Notes: generated by a model not told the origin, from the letters alone. A stretch of DNA of 14,969 nt from Myxococcales bacterium (GCA_038320275.1 JBBQEB010000094.1:1-14969); one strand, 5' to 3'; shown: positions 1 to 8,637, numbered from the stretch's first letter. Translations and numbers: made by a program.

Positions 1-1
1 G

Positions 2-1207
2 GTGGCGCTGGCGGGGTCGCTCGCCGCCACGCTCGCGCTCCACCACGCCGCGGCGGTCGCCCTCGACCGCGTGCTGGAGGAGCGGCTCCGCGGGGCCGGC
101 GAGACCGCGGCCCAGCTCCTCGCGCGCAGCGGTGACGCCGAGGCGCTGCGCGCCGTCATGAAGGCGAACGAGCTCGAGGGCGCCTACCTCGTCTCGCCCA
201 CGTTCCGGGTACTGGCCGACGCCACCGGGCCCGCGCCGGCCGCGACCGACCTCCTGCGCGTCGATACGGCCCGGGTCTCGCGCGCGCTCGGCGGCGAGGG
301 CTCGGTGGCTTTCGCCTGGGCGGTCGGTGAGGCCCGCGTCGCGACCGGTTACTTCCCCGTCCGTGGCCGGGACGGGCGCGTCGAGGCGGTGCTGGGGCTC
401 GAGGCCGGCCAGCCGTTCCTGGCGTCGAGCGACCGGCTGCGCCGCGCGCTCTGGGCGGCCGTGGCGCTCTCGGCGATCGGCGCGCTGGCCCTCGCCGCGC
501 TGGCGCGGCAGTGGGCGCGCGGCGAGGAGAGCCGCCGCGCCGTAGCCGAGCTGGCCGCACGCGGCGACGCGATGGCGCGCATGGCAGCCATGACCGCCCA
601 CGAGATCCGGAACCCCATCGGCATCATCCGAAGCGCGGTGGAGCTGGTGCAGGCGCGGGCGGGCGGGCGGCTCGGCCCGGGCGACCTCGAGGCGCTCTCC
701 GACGTGCTGGGCGAGGTCGAGCGGCTCCGCCGGCTCACCCAGGACTTCCTCGATCTGGCGCGCGAGCCGGCCCTGGTCGAGGGGGACTGCGACGTTGCCC
801 GCCTCGCGGCGGAGGCGGCGCAGGGCCTCTCGCGCACCCACCCGGCGGTCGAGGTGACGGTGGACGTTCCCTCGGCCTCGGTGCGCGGCGACGAGGGGCG
901 CCTGCGGCAGGTGCTCTCGAACCTGCTCCAGAACGCAGCGGAGGCCGGCGCGCGCCGCGTCGCCGTCTCGGGCGAGCTGCGTGACGGGGAGGTCCGGCTC
1001 CGGCTCGCCGACGATGGGCGGGGCGTCGCCTCGGAGGTGCGGCCGCGCCTCTTCGAGCCGTTCGCGACGGCACGCGCCGGCGGCACCGGGCTCGGCCTCG
1101 CGCTGTCGCGCCGCATCGCCGACCGGCACGGCGGTTCCCTGGCGCTGGCCGGCACCGGCCCGGGTGGCACCACCTTCGAGCTGCGGCTCCCTGTCGGCGG
1201 AGGATAG
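2..1207 (+). CDS. Membrane sensor histidine kinase (HisKA + HATPase_c), probably 5'-truncated by the window edge
   Basis: Two hydrophobic segments flank a periplasmic region. H-box AHEIRNP, N-box QVLSNLLQNA, G1 DDGRG, F-box LFEPF and G2 GGTGLGL are present. It ends 9 nt before the response regulator. Confidence 0.95.
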   Translation: MALAGSLAATLALHHAAAVALDRVLEERLRGAGETAAQLLARSGDAEALRAVMKANELEGAYLVSPTFRVLADATGPAPAATDLLRVDTARVSRALGGEGSVAFAWAVGEARVATGYFPVRGRDGRVEAVLGLEAGQPFLASSDRLRRALWAAVALSAIGALALAALARQWARGEESRRAVAELAARGDAMARMAAMTAHEIRNPIGIIRSAVELVQARAGGRLGPGDLEALSDVLGEVERLRRLTQDFLDLAREPALVEGDCDVARLAAEAAQGLSRTHPAVEVTVDVPSASVRGDEGRLRQVLSNLLQNAAEAGARRVAVSGELRDGEVRLRLADDGRGVASEVRPRLFEPFATARAGGTGLGLALSRRIADRHGGSLALAGTGPGGTTFELRLPVGGG

Positions 1208-1216
1208 AAACGAGCG

Positions 1217-2548
<1,332 letters not shown>

Positions 2549-2708
2549 CGCGTTCCGGCGCGCGCTCCGGCGAGCCGTCCCCTCGCGCAGCGACTGAAGG
2601 AGCACCTCGCGCGCGCCCTCGCTCGCCTCGAGTGAAGCCGCCGCGGAGGGCCGCGGCGAGGGTAGGGCGGCGAATCCCGCTCGCCCGCGAGACGCCCCTG
2701 ATGGAACG

Positions 2709-3458
2709 TCAGCGCTTGCCACCATCCATCATGGACCCACCACCGTCGAGCGCGCCGCCGTCCATCATGGGACCCGCGTCGCCGGTCCAGCCCCCATCCA
2801 TCATCCAGCCGCCGTCGGCCGGGTAGCCGCCATCGGTCGAGAAACCGCCGCCATCCATGGCGGTGCAGCCGGGCATGCCGGCGTCGAAGCCCATCCTCCC
2901 GCCGTCCGGCATGACCCAGCCGCCGTCCGAGACCTGGCCTCCCCCGTCCATCATGCCGGTGCTCCCCACGCCGCCATCGAAGGCCTGGCCCATCTCCGCC
3001 GCCCGCATCTGCATGTGGTTGGCGAATCCGTCCATGGCGTCGCAGTGCCGGATCGCCTCCGCGTGATTCGACCCCATGTCGGGAAGCGTGCAGGCCACGG
3101 CCGCGTGCTGGTCGAGCTCATGGGACATCACGTCCGCTCCGCAGCCCATGTCGGCGTCGGAGCCACGCCCCATGGAGCCCATCCCCTGGTCCATGTGGGT
3201 CCCGAGAGAGCGCATCGAGTCGATGGCCGGCGCCGCCTGGCCGCGGTAGTGCTCGACGGCGGCCGCGCACTCCGCGGAGGACGTCATCCCCATGGCCGCC
3301 GCGCGATACGCGGCCACGTCCGCGCTGAGGCCGACCGCCGCGGCGTCGTACTTCGCGATGTCGGCGGGAGCGATCGCGGTGCTCGAGGGGGTGCTGGAGG
3401 ATCCTCCGCATGCTGCGGCGGCGGCGAGGATGGCGAAGGCGAGCGAGGGCTTGTTCAT
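2709..3458 (-). CDS. Putative lipoprotein with a Met/His/Cys-rich helical core and a C-terminal (M)MDGG-repeat tail
   Basis: Signal peptide MNKPSLAFAILAAAAA-C with lipobox Cys17, then a GGSSST linker. Hand count gives about 26 Met, 7 His and 5 further Cys, plus about 11 DGG and 2 DAG repeats in the last ~90 aa. Confidence 0.85.
   Translation of the reverse strand: MNKPSLAFAILAAAAACGGSSSTPSSTAIAPADIAKYDAAAVGLSADVAAYRAAAMGMTSSAECAAAVEHYRGQAAPAIDSMRSLGTHMDQGMGSMGRGSDADMGCGADVMSHELDQHAAVACTLPDMGSNHAEAIRHCDAMDGFANHMQMRAAEMGQAFDGGVGSTGMMDGGGQVSDGGWVMPDGGRMGFDAGMPGCTAMDGGGFSTDGGYPADGGWMMDGGWTGDAGPMMDGGALDGGGSMMDGGKR
2715..2980 (-). repeat. Degenerate coding repeats (atgatggacggc/gatggc-like units encoding MMDGG/xDGG)
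   Basis: ccgtccatcat and ccatccatcat units recur on the + strand within the lipoprotein C-terminus. Confidence 0.75.
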
Positions 3459-3490
3459 GGGGTGCTTTCCGTGGCGGGAGCTGGCGTAGA

Positions 3491-3521
3491 CGTTCTCATA
3501 ACGCCCCGCCTGAGTTTACGC
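3491..3521 (-). promoter_or_regulatory. 31-bp element, copy 1 (GCGTAAACTCAGGCGGGGCGTTATGAGAACG), upstream of the lipoprotein gene
   Basis: 27/31 identical to 9907-9937 (+). It lies in the same orientation relative to the downstream gene and ends 32 nt before the ATG. Confidence 0.55.
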
Positions 3522-3641
3522 CCTACGCCGTGGGAGCCCCGCTCCCGGCCAAAAGGTTCACGGGTGCGGAGGCGGGCGGGGTGGGCCACCGGAGCTGCAC
3601 CCCCCTGCGCTCCTCGCCCGCGAGCCGCTCGGGGGAACGCG

Positions 3642-4067
3642 TCATCGCGCCGGCGACGCGGGTTCCGCCGCGACCCAGCGGTCGTACGCCTGCAGGTCGT
3701 AGATCTTCGTGAAGCCTTTCTCCCGCAGGGTCCCGATGGCGATGGCGCTGCGCCGCCCACTCTTGCAGTAGACCAGCACCGGCGCCGCTGGAGGCCCGAC
3801 CTCCGAGAAACGGCGCGGCATCTCATCGAACGGGATGTTCACCGCCCCGGGGACGTGCCCGGCCGCGAACTCACCCGGGGTTCGCACATCGACGACCTTG
3901 ATCCCGCCCGCCACGAGCGCGTGCGCCGCCTTGCCATCGACGACGCCGGGAGGGACGCTCGGCGCCTCGCCCGCGGTCTTTCGGGTCGTGGCGGGCTCCT
4001 TCTCCGCGACGGCAGTGGGGAGAGCGGAGGTGAGAGCCAGGGCCAGCACCACGGAAAAGAACTTCAC
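3642..4067 (-). CDS. Exported single-domain rhodanese (PspE-like sulfurtransferase)
   Basis: GTG start with SD GAGGAGGT. Sec-type signal peptide MKFFSVVLALALTSALPTAVA. Rhodanese motifs VVDVRTPGEFAAGHVPGAVNIP and active-site loop YCKSGRRS. Confidence 0.93.
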   Translation of the reverse strand: MKFFSVVLALALTSALPTAVAEKEPATTRKTAGEAPSVPPGVVDGKAAHALVAGGIKVVDVRTPGEFAAGHVPGAVNIPFDEMPRRFSEVGPPAAPVLVYCKSGRRSAIAIGTLREKGFTKIYDLQAYDRWVAAEPASPAR

Positions 4068-4120
4068 GTGACCTCCTCGGGAGAACGCTGCGTCCGCCTC
4101 CCTTCGCGTGCCGGCCGCAG

Positions 4121-4348
4121 TCAGGGTTCGCTGGATCTGCAGGGCGAGTCGCTCGAGCGCAATCGGGAGTCCCTGGCGCGGCTAAACGGGATCCCCCCAC
4201 GCCGCGACGCCGGGCCACCATCGCCCGGGCTGCGACAGAGGGACCTGAAGTTCTCGAGCCGCTCCGCCCACAGAACCCGGTCCCCTACGTGCCACGGGGG
4301 TTCCTCGCGCCACCGGTGGAGGAGCGCGCGGAGCCGGTCGGGTCGCAT
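4121..4348 (-). CDS. Possible small hypothetical protein (75 aa, MRPDRLRALLHRWREEPPWHVGDRVLWAERLENF...) or gene remnant
   Basis: ATG at 4348 has GGAG about 10 nt upstream. The N-terminal half looks protein-like and the C-terminal half is low-complexity. It fills an otherwise empty 390-bp gap. Confidence 0.3.
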   Translation of the reverse strand: MRPDRLRALLHRWREEPPWHVGDRVLWAERLENFRSLCRSPGDGGPASRRGGIPFSRARDSRLRSSDSPCRSSEP

Positions 4349-4423
4349 GCGATGGATTCTCCACGGAGAGGCCCGCCGCCGGACCCCAGGGCCCGGCGAC
4401 GGGCCGCCTCCATCTGACGTCAC

Positions 4424-4444
4424 CCAGCACGGTCACCGTGCTGG
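4424..4444. terminator. Perfect 10-1-10 inverted repeat just downstream of the 4459-5262 gene; possible terminator or stabilising hairpin
   Basis: CCAGCACGGT-C-ACCGTGCTGG lies 14 nt after the stop. There is no U-tract. Confidence 0.4.
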
Positions 4445-4458
4445 TGGCGAGCGCCGCT

Positions 4459-5262
4459 TCATTTCGTGACCGGTGCTGCCGGCGCATCTGGCGGCGCCGC
4501 CGGGGCACCCTTCTTGAAGATGTCGAAGTCGACATCGATCTGCATCGACCACATCCAGCTCTGCCCCCCGGGCTGGACCTTGTCATTGAGGAAGAACACC
4601 GGGCCAGCGAGAAGATCGATGGCGGGCGTGAAGTAGAAGCCGAGGCCGGCGCCCACGGCGCCGAGAAAGCTCTTGCCTGTCTGGATGTCGGCGAAGGCGT
4701 TCATCTTGTTGAGCCCAGGCAGGTTCACCGTCCAATCGGGCGTGACGTACGAGCCCATGAAACCGGCGCGGCTCGGGTTGCCGTTCTCGTCGATGAGCGC
4801 CTTCTCGTCCAGACCGTAGTAGCCGCCAACGGTGACAATGCCCACGGGCAGCGTCTTGCCAACCTCGCCGTGCAGGACGTGCTGGGTCGTGACGTGGTTC
4901 TTGAAGCCGGCGTTGTAGATTCCGGCGGAGATGCCCGGCTGCCACGCGCCGAACGCGCCGTCAGGAACGCCAAGCTTCGCGTTCAGCAGCAGGGCGGCGC
5001 TGCCCAGGTATCCGGGGTACTGCAGGTCAAATCCAATCTCGAGCTGGAGCTTCTCGAACGGCAGGAGGCCCATGGTGAGGCCGGTCAGGATCGGGTATGC
5101 GCCGCGCTCGCCGAAGTAAGTGTCGTAGGTGAGATGCGGGATGAGGAACGGCTGGACGTACGTCGTAGCGGGGGTCCAGAAGGTGGTCGAAGGTGTCGCC
5201 GAAGCCTTCGAGCCCACCGCGGCCATCGCCACGACGCCAAGCGCGCACAGAAGCCTCTTCAT
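4459..5262 (-). CDS. Hypothetical exported protein, likely an outer-membrane beta-barrel (267 aa)
   Basis: Start reassigned to ATG 5262, which has SD GGAGGGAG. Signal peptide MKRLLCALGVVAMAAVGSKASA. Amphipathic aromatic/Gly strands (LQLEIGFDL, LLLNAKLG, IVTVGGYYG, GAGLGFYFT, WSMQIDVDFD) followed by a Pro/Ala tail. Confidence 0.85.
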   Translation of the reverse strand: MKRLLCALGVVAMAAVGSKASATPSTTFWTPATTYVQPFLIPHLTYDTYFGERGAYPILTGLTMGLLPFEKLQLEIGFDLQYPGYLGSAALLLNAKLGVPDGAFGAWQPGISAGIYNAGFKNHVTTQHVLHGEVGKTLPVGIVTVGGYYGLDEKALIDENGNPSRAGFMGSYVTPDWTVNLPGLNKMNAFADIQTGKSFLGAVGAGLGFYFTPAIDLLAGPVFFLNDKVQPGGQSWMWSMQIDVDFDIFKKGAPAAPPDAPAAPVTK

Positions 5263-5302
5263 CGTTCGTCTCCCTCCAGGTTTGAGAAGCGACCCGCCAA
5301 AG

Positions 5303-5318
5303 TGCAGAAGGCGTGCCG
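5303..5318 (-). promoter_or_regulatory. Sigma54 -24/-12 promoter for the beta-barrel-like gene
   Basis: CGGCACGCCTTCTGCA has exact GG-N10-GC spacing and matches TGGCAC-N5-TTGCW closely. It lies about 40 nt upstream of the ATG. Confidence 0.8.
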
Positions 5319-5379
5319 CGCCGCGGGGAAGGAAGCTGCACGGCGGCAGAGCGCCTGCGGCACGGCGCGACCGCCGCCA

Positions 5380-5431
5380 TGCACGCGGCTGCGGCAAGGG
5401 CTGCTCGGGTCGGATGCAGATTCACTGTGCG
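5380..5431. promoter_or_regulatory. Paired NtrC-type enhancer boxes (TGC-N11-GCA)
   Basis: TGCACGCGGCTGCGGCA (5380-5396) and TGCTCGGGTCGGATGCA (5402-5418) start 22 bp apart. A near-match TGCAGATTCACTGTGCG lies at 5415-5431. Confidence 0.6.
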
Positions 5432-5483
5432 GCAGCGTCCATCGTCCGCTCGAGCGCGGTCGATTCGCGCCTCTCGCTCACCG

Positions 5484-6848
5484 CTACTCCACCCCGACCA
5501 CGGCCGGCGCGGTTGGGCGGAGCTTTCCGGCGCGCTGATCGGACCCGGACTCGAGGTCCGTGGTGATGTACGCCCGCTCGCCCGACTCGGCCATGTCCAT
5601 GCCGCTCCACTCGTCCTGCTCGTCGGCCCGCAGCGGGGTGAGGGTGCCCACCAGCCGCAGGATCCCGTAGGAGAGGCCCCCCGACCAGGCGAAGGTGGCG
5701 AGGACCCCGACCAGCTGGATGCCCAGGAGGCGCAGGCTTCCGTCGGCGCCGTCCGCATTCACCGCCTTCGAGGCGAGCACGCCCGTCGCGAGCGCGCCTA
5801 GCGTCGCCGCGACGCCGTGAACCGCGAACACGTCGAGCGCATCGTCGAGGCCGAGGCGGGGGCGATAGCGCACGGCGGCGAGCGCGGCGAGCCCCGCCAG
5901 CGCGCCGAGACCCATCGCGGCGAGCGGCGTCACGAACCCAGCCGCTGGCGTGATCGCCACCAGCCCTGCTACCGCACCGGAGGCGAGCCCGACTCCGGAC
6001 ATCTTGCCGTGGAAGAAGAGAAGCTCGGCGAGGCCCCAGGCCAGCGCCGCCGCTGCGGGGGCGAAGAAGGTGTTGCCGAAGGCGGCTGCGGCGAGGCCGT
6101 TCGCGCCGAGCGCGCTGCCACCGTTGAAGCCCAGCCAGCCGAACCAGAGCAGCCCCGCCCCCAGGATTGCGAAGGGGACGTTGTGCGGGAGGACGCTCGG
6201 CGTGCGCAGCCCACGCCGCTTTCCGAGCACGATGGCGAAGACCACCGCGGCGGCGGCCGCGTTGATGTGGACCACCGTCCCGCCCGCGAAGTCGAGCGCG
6301 CCCAGCCTGTGCAGCCAGCCGCCCGGAGCCCACACCCAGTGCGCCACCGGGGCGTAGACGACGACGCTCCAGATCCCGGCGAAGAGGATGAAGGGCTTGA
6401 GACGCACCCGCTCCACCACGGCGCCGCTGATGAGCGCGGGCGTGATGATGGCGAACATGGTCTGGTAGACCATGAAGGCGCTGTGCGGGATGGTCGGGGC
6501 GAGGTCCTTTGCCACCTCGGCGCCCACGCCGCGCAGCCCCACCCAGGAGAGCCCGCCCACGAAGGCGTCGAGCCCCCCCGGCCCCGGCGAGAAGGCCAGG
6601 CTGTAGGAGACGAGCGCCCACAAAACGCCCACCAGCGCCATGCACACCAGGGAGAGGATCATGGTGTGGACGACGTTCTTGCTGCGGACGAGGCCGCCGT
6701 AGAAGAAGGCGAGACCGGGTGTCATGAGCAGGACGAGGCCCGCGCAGAGGAGCACGAAGGCGGTGTCCCCGGAGTCGACCTGGCCGGGCGTCGCCGCTGT
6801 CGCGAGGGACGGGAGGAGGGCGGCGAGCGTGGCAGCGAACGTTCTCAA
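5484..6848 (-). CDS. amtB: Ammonium transporter AmtB
   Basis: Motifs DSGDTAFVL, LMTPGLAFFYGGLVRSKN, DFAGGTVVHINA (first conserved His), LWFGWLGFNGGS, GLVAITPAAG, DDALDVFAVHGV (second His) and ERAY. The probable start is TTG 6848 with SD GAGGTG; the longer 6989 start would span the promoter. Confidence 0.96.
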   Translation of the reverse strand: MRTFAATLAALLPSLATAATPGQVDSGDTAFVLLCAGLVLLMTPGLAFFYGGLVRSKNVVHTMILSLVCMALVGVLWALVSYSLAFSPGPGGLDAFVGGLSWVGLRGVGAEVAKDLAPTIPHSAFMVYQTMFAIITPALISGAVVERVRLKPFILFAGIWSVVVYAPVAHWVWAPGGWLHRLGALDFAGGTVVHINAAAAAVVFAIVLGKRRGLRTPSVLPHNVPFAILGAGLLWFGWLGFNGGSALGANGLAAAAFGNTFFAPAAAALAWGLAELLFFHGKMSGVGLASGAVAGLVAITPAAGFVTPLAAMGLGALAGLAALAAVRYRPRLGLDDALDVFAVHGVAATLGALATGVLASKAVNADGADGSLRLLGIQLVGVLATFAWSGGLSYGILRLVGTLTPLRADEQDEWSGMDMAESGERAYITTDLESGSDQRAGKLRPTAPAVVGVE

Positions 6849-6884
6849 GAGGCACCTCGGGCAGCGCGGTGTGCGCCCCGGCTT

Positions 6885-6900
6885 TGCAGCGGTCGTGCCC
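6885..6900 (-). promoter_or_regulatory. Sigma54 -24/-12 promoter of amtB
   Basis: GGGCACGACCGCTGCA has exact GG-N10-GC spacing and lies 36 nt upstream of the TTG start. Confidence 0.82.
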
Positions 6901-6909
6901 GGCCTGGGG

Positions 6910-6988
6910 CGCTCGGTTTCGAGGCAGCGAACGCCTCGGAAGCAGGCCTGCTCGCAGACCGGGCAGCGGGCTGCCCGCGCCTGAGGCA
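6910..6988. promoter_or_regulatory. NtrC-type enhancer boxes upstream of amtB
   Basis: TGCTCGCAGACCGGGCA (6949-6965) and TGCCCGCGCCTGAGGCA (6972-6988) start 23 bp apart. A near-match CGCTCGGTTTCGAGGCA lies at 6910-6926. Confidence 0.68.
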
Positions 6989-7012
6989 CCTCATGCCAGG
7001 TGGGCTCCGCTG

Positions 7013-8293
7013 TCAGTGCCGGGCGCGGTTCTTCGGGGCGCGCTTCGCCGAGCTCGAGGCTGGCTTCGGGGCGCGCCTCTCCTGGCCGTGTGCCGCCGCG
7101 CCGCGCTGGCGAGGGGCGGCGGGATGCACCTTGAAGCCGCGGATGGCGGCGCGCGTGGCCGGGCGCGGGGTGGGGGCAGGGGGAGGAGCAGGGGGGAGGT
7201 AGGGATCGTCGTCGCTCGCGGAGGTCAGCGCCCGCGGCGACTCCACCGCGCGGAACGCCCCTCGCTCGACCTCCTCGTCGCCGGCGGCCTTCTCCAGCCA
7301 GCCCTGCAGGGCGCCCTCGAGGCCGGCGGCGGCCAGGGCTGCGGTGGCGCCGGCGCGGTCACCGGAGCGGCCTCGCAGCGCCGCCAGGTGGAGCGCGGCG
7401 CGGGCTCGCTCGACCTGGGGCGTGCCGCCGCCGTCGGAGAGCACCCGGGCCAGGATCGCCTTGGGCTCCTCGGCCGGCGTATGCCGGGAGAGGGCGAGCT
7501 TGGCGAGCCCCACCGCGGCGCGCGCGTGCGGCGCGCTCGCGGCCAGGCGCTCGGGCGAGCCGGCGAGACCCACGTCGAGCGCGCTCGCGGAATGGGCCAG
7601 GGCCGCAGCGTAGGCGGCGCGCGCCTCGACCGGCTTGCCGGTGCGCCGGAGCAGGTCGCCGCGGAGGGCGAGCGCGGCGGGGAGCTGCTCGTCCTGCGCG
7701 AGCGCCTTCTCCACCCATTCCAGCGCGAGCGGCAGGTTGCCGGCGAGGAGCGCGACGCGCGCGGCGAGCACGGACGCCATGGGCTCGGCGCCGGCTCTGG
7801 AGAGCTCCGCCATGGCGTCTCCTGCTGCGCCGTCGCGCAGCGCGAGGGCTGCCACCGCCAAGCGCGCCTCGGGCGGCACCTCGGAGGCCCGCACGGGCGC
7901 GACGGCGAGCCGGGAGGCCTCTCCCCCCGCCGCGCCATCGCGATAGTCGAGGGCCAGCATGGCCATCGCGAACGCGCGCTGAGCGCCGGCGTCGATGGGG
8001 TCGAGCCGGGCGGCGCGAACGGCGAGGAGGTCGGCCGCCTCGCGGTAGCCGAACCAGGTGTCGGAGCGGATGAGCTGGCGTGCGCGTGCCACGGAGGCCG
8101 CGACGACGCGGCGCTCCTGGTTTGCGCGGTAGGCGAGCACGCCGGCAAGCGCCAGCGCGAGGACGAGAGCAGCGCCAGCCCACGCCATCCAGGGTGGAAG
8201 GCGCCGGCGCAGTGGCGGCTCGGATGCAGCGGCCGCGGCGGTGCCGTCAGCCGCCGCCTCGTCGGCGGCGGCTGGCGGGAGATCGTGATCCAC
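7013..8293 (-). CDS. Membrane-anchored TPR/alpha-solenoid-like hypothetical protein
   Basis: Single TM segment WMAWAGAALVLALALAGVLAY. TPR-like repeats such as ALEWVEKALAQDEQLPAALALRGDLLRRTGKPVEARAAYAAAL. Pro-rich then basic tail. The start codon is uncertain. Confidence 0.8.
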   Translation of the reverse strand: MDHDLPPAAADEAAADGTAAAAASEPPLRRRLPPWMAWAGAALVLALALAGVLAYRANQERRVVAASVARARQLIRSDTWFGYREAADLLAVRAARLDPIDAGAQRAFAMAMLALDYRDGAAGGEASRLAVAPVRASEVPPEARLAVAALALRDGAAGDAMAELSRAGAEPMASVLAARVALLAGNLPLALEWVEKALAQDEQLPAALALRGDLLRRTGKPVEARAAYAAALAHSASALDVGLAGSPERLAASAPHARAAVGLAKLALSRHTPAEEPKAILARVLSDGGGTPQVERARAALHLAALRGRSGDRAGATAALAAAGLEGALQGWLEKAAGDEEVERGAFRAVESPRALTSASDDDPYLPPAPPPAPTPRPATRAAIRGFKVHPAAPRQRGAAAHGQERRAPKPASSSAKRAPKNRARH

Positions 8294-8311
8294 GGGAGGA
8301 GAACTGCTGGG

Positions 8312-8527
8312 CTATCCGCCCTTCTCCTCGCGCTCGTCCGGGCGAGCCACGCCCGAGAGCACGTCGTTCACCGAGGGGAAACGCAGGATCTCGGTGCGCG
8401 CGATGCGCCATGCCTGCTGAACGATCCACGAGAGCGAGCGGTCCTGGCGGTTCGCCTCGGCCTGGATCTCGTTCAGCATGTCCTCGGGGAAGTACAGCGA
8501 CTGCTTCCTCTTGTCGGTTCCGGCCAT
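8312..8527 (-). CDS. cdbA: CdbA-like ribbon-helix-helix c-di-GMP receptor and nucleoid-associated protein (MXAN_4361/4362, TIGR04563 family), 71 aa
   Basis: MAGTDKRKQSLYFPEDMLNEIQAEANRQDRSLSWIVQQAWRIAR closely matches M. xanthus CdbA as I recall it, with K8/S10/R27/R30 retained. SD GGAG is present, and the gene is divergent from tilS-ftsH. Confidence 0.9.
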   Translation of the reverse strand: MAGTDKRKQSLYFPEDMLNEIQAEANRQDRSLSWIVQQAWRIARTEILRFPSVNDVLSGVARPDEREEKGG

Positions 8528-8555
8528 CGCGTCTCCATGTGGGGAAAACGGGCAA

Positions 8556-8584
8556 CTTGTACGCGGGCCTGCCAGCGTGGTCAA
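8556..8584 (-). promoter_or_regulatory. Sigma70-type promoter of cdbA
   Basis: TTGACC-17 bp-TACAAG lies about 28 nt upstream of the ATG. Confidence 0.6.
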
Positions 8585-8600
8585 GGCCGCGGCGAGAGAG

Positions 8601-8637
8601 AAAAAAAATGAGGAGCCGGCATCTCTGCCGGCCCCCC
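8601..8637 (-). terminator. Strong intrinsic terminator on the minus strand, upstream of the cdbA promoter
   Basis: 12-bp stem GGGGGGCCGGCA / TGCCGGCTCCTC (two G-U pairs) with a GAGA tetraloop, followed by A and 8 T. Confidence 0.8.

Noticed and set aside
5263..5397. Longer start for the beta-barrel ORF
   Set aside because: It covers the sigma54 promoter. The SD and signal peptide point to ATG 5262.
6849..6989. Cys-rich N-terminal extension of AmtB (CPVC...CPRC) suggesting a zinc finger
   Set aside because: The Cys codons come from TGC triplets in the NtrC-type boxes and promoter region. The sigma54 promoter, SD and TTG at 6848 lie inside this stretch.
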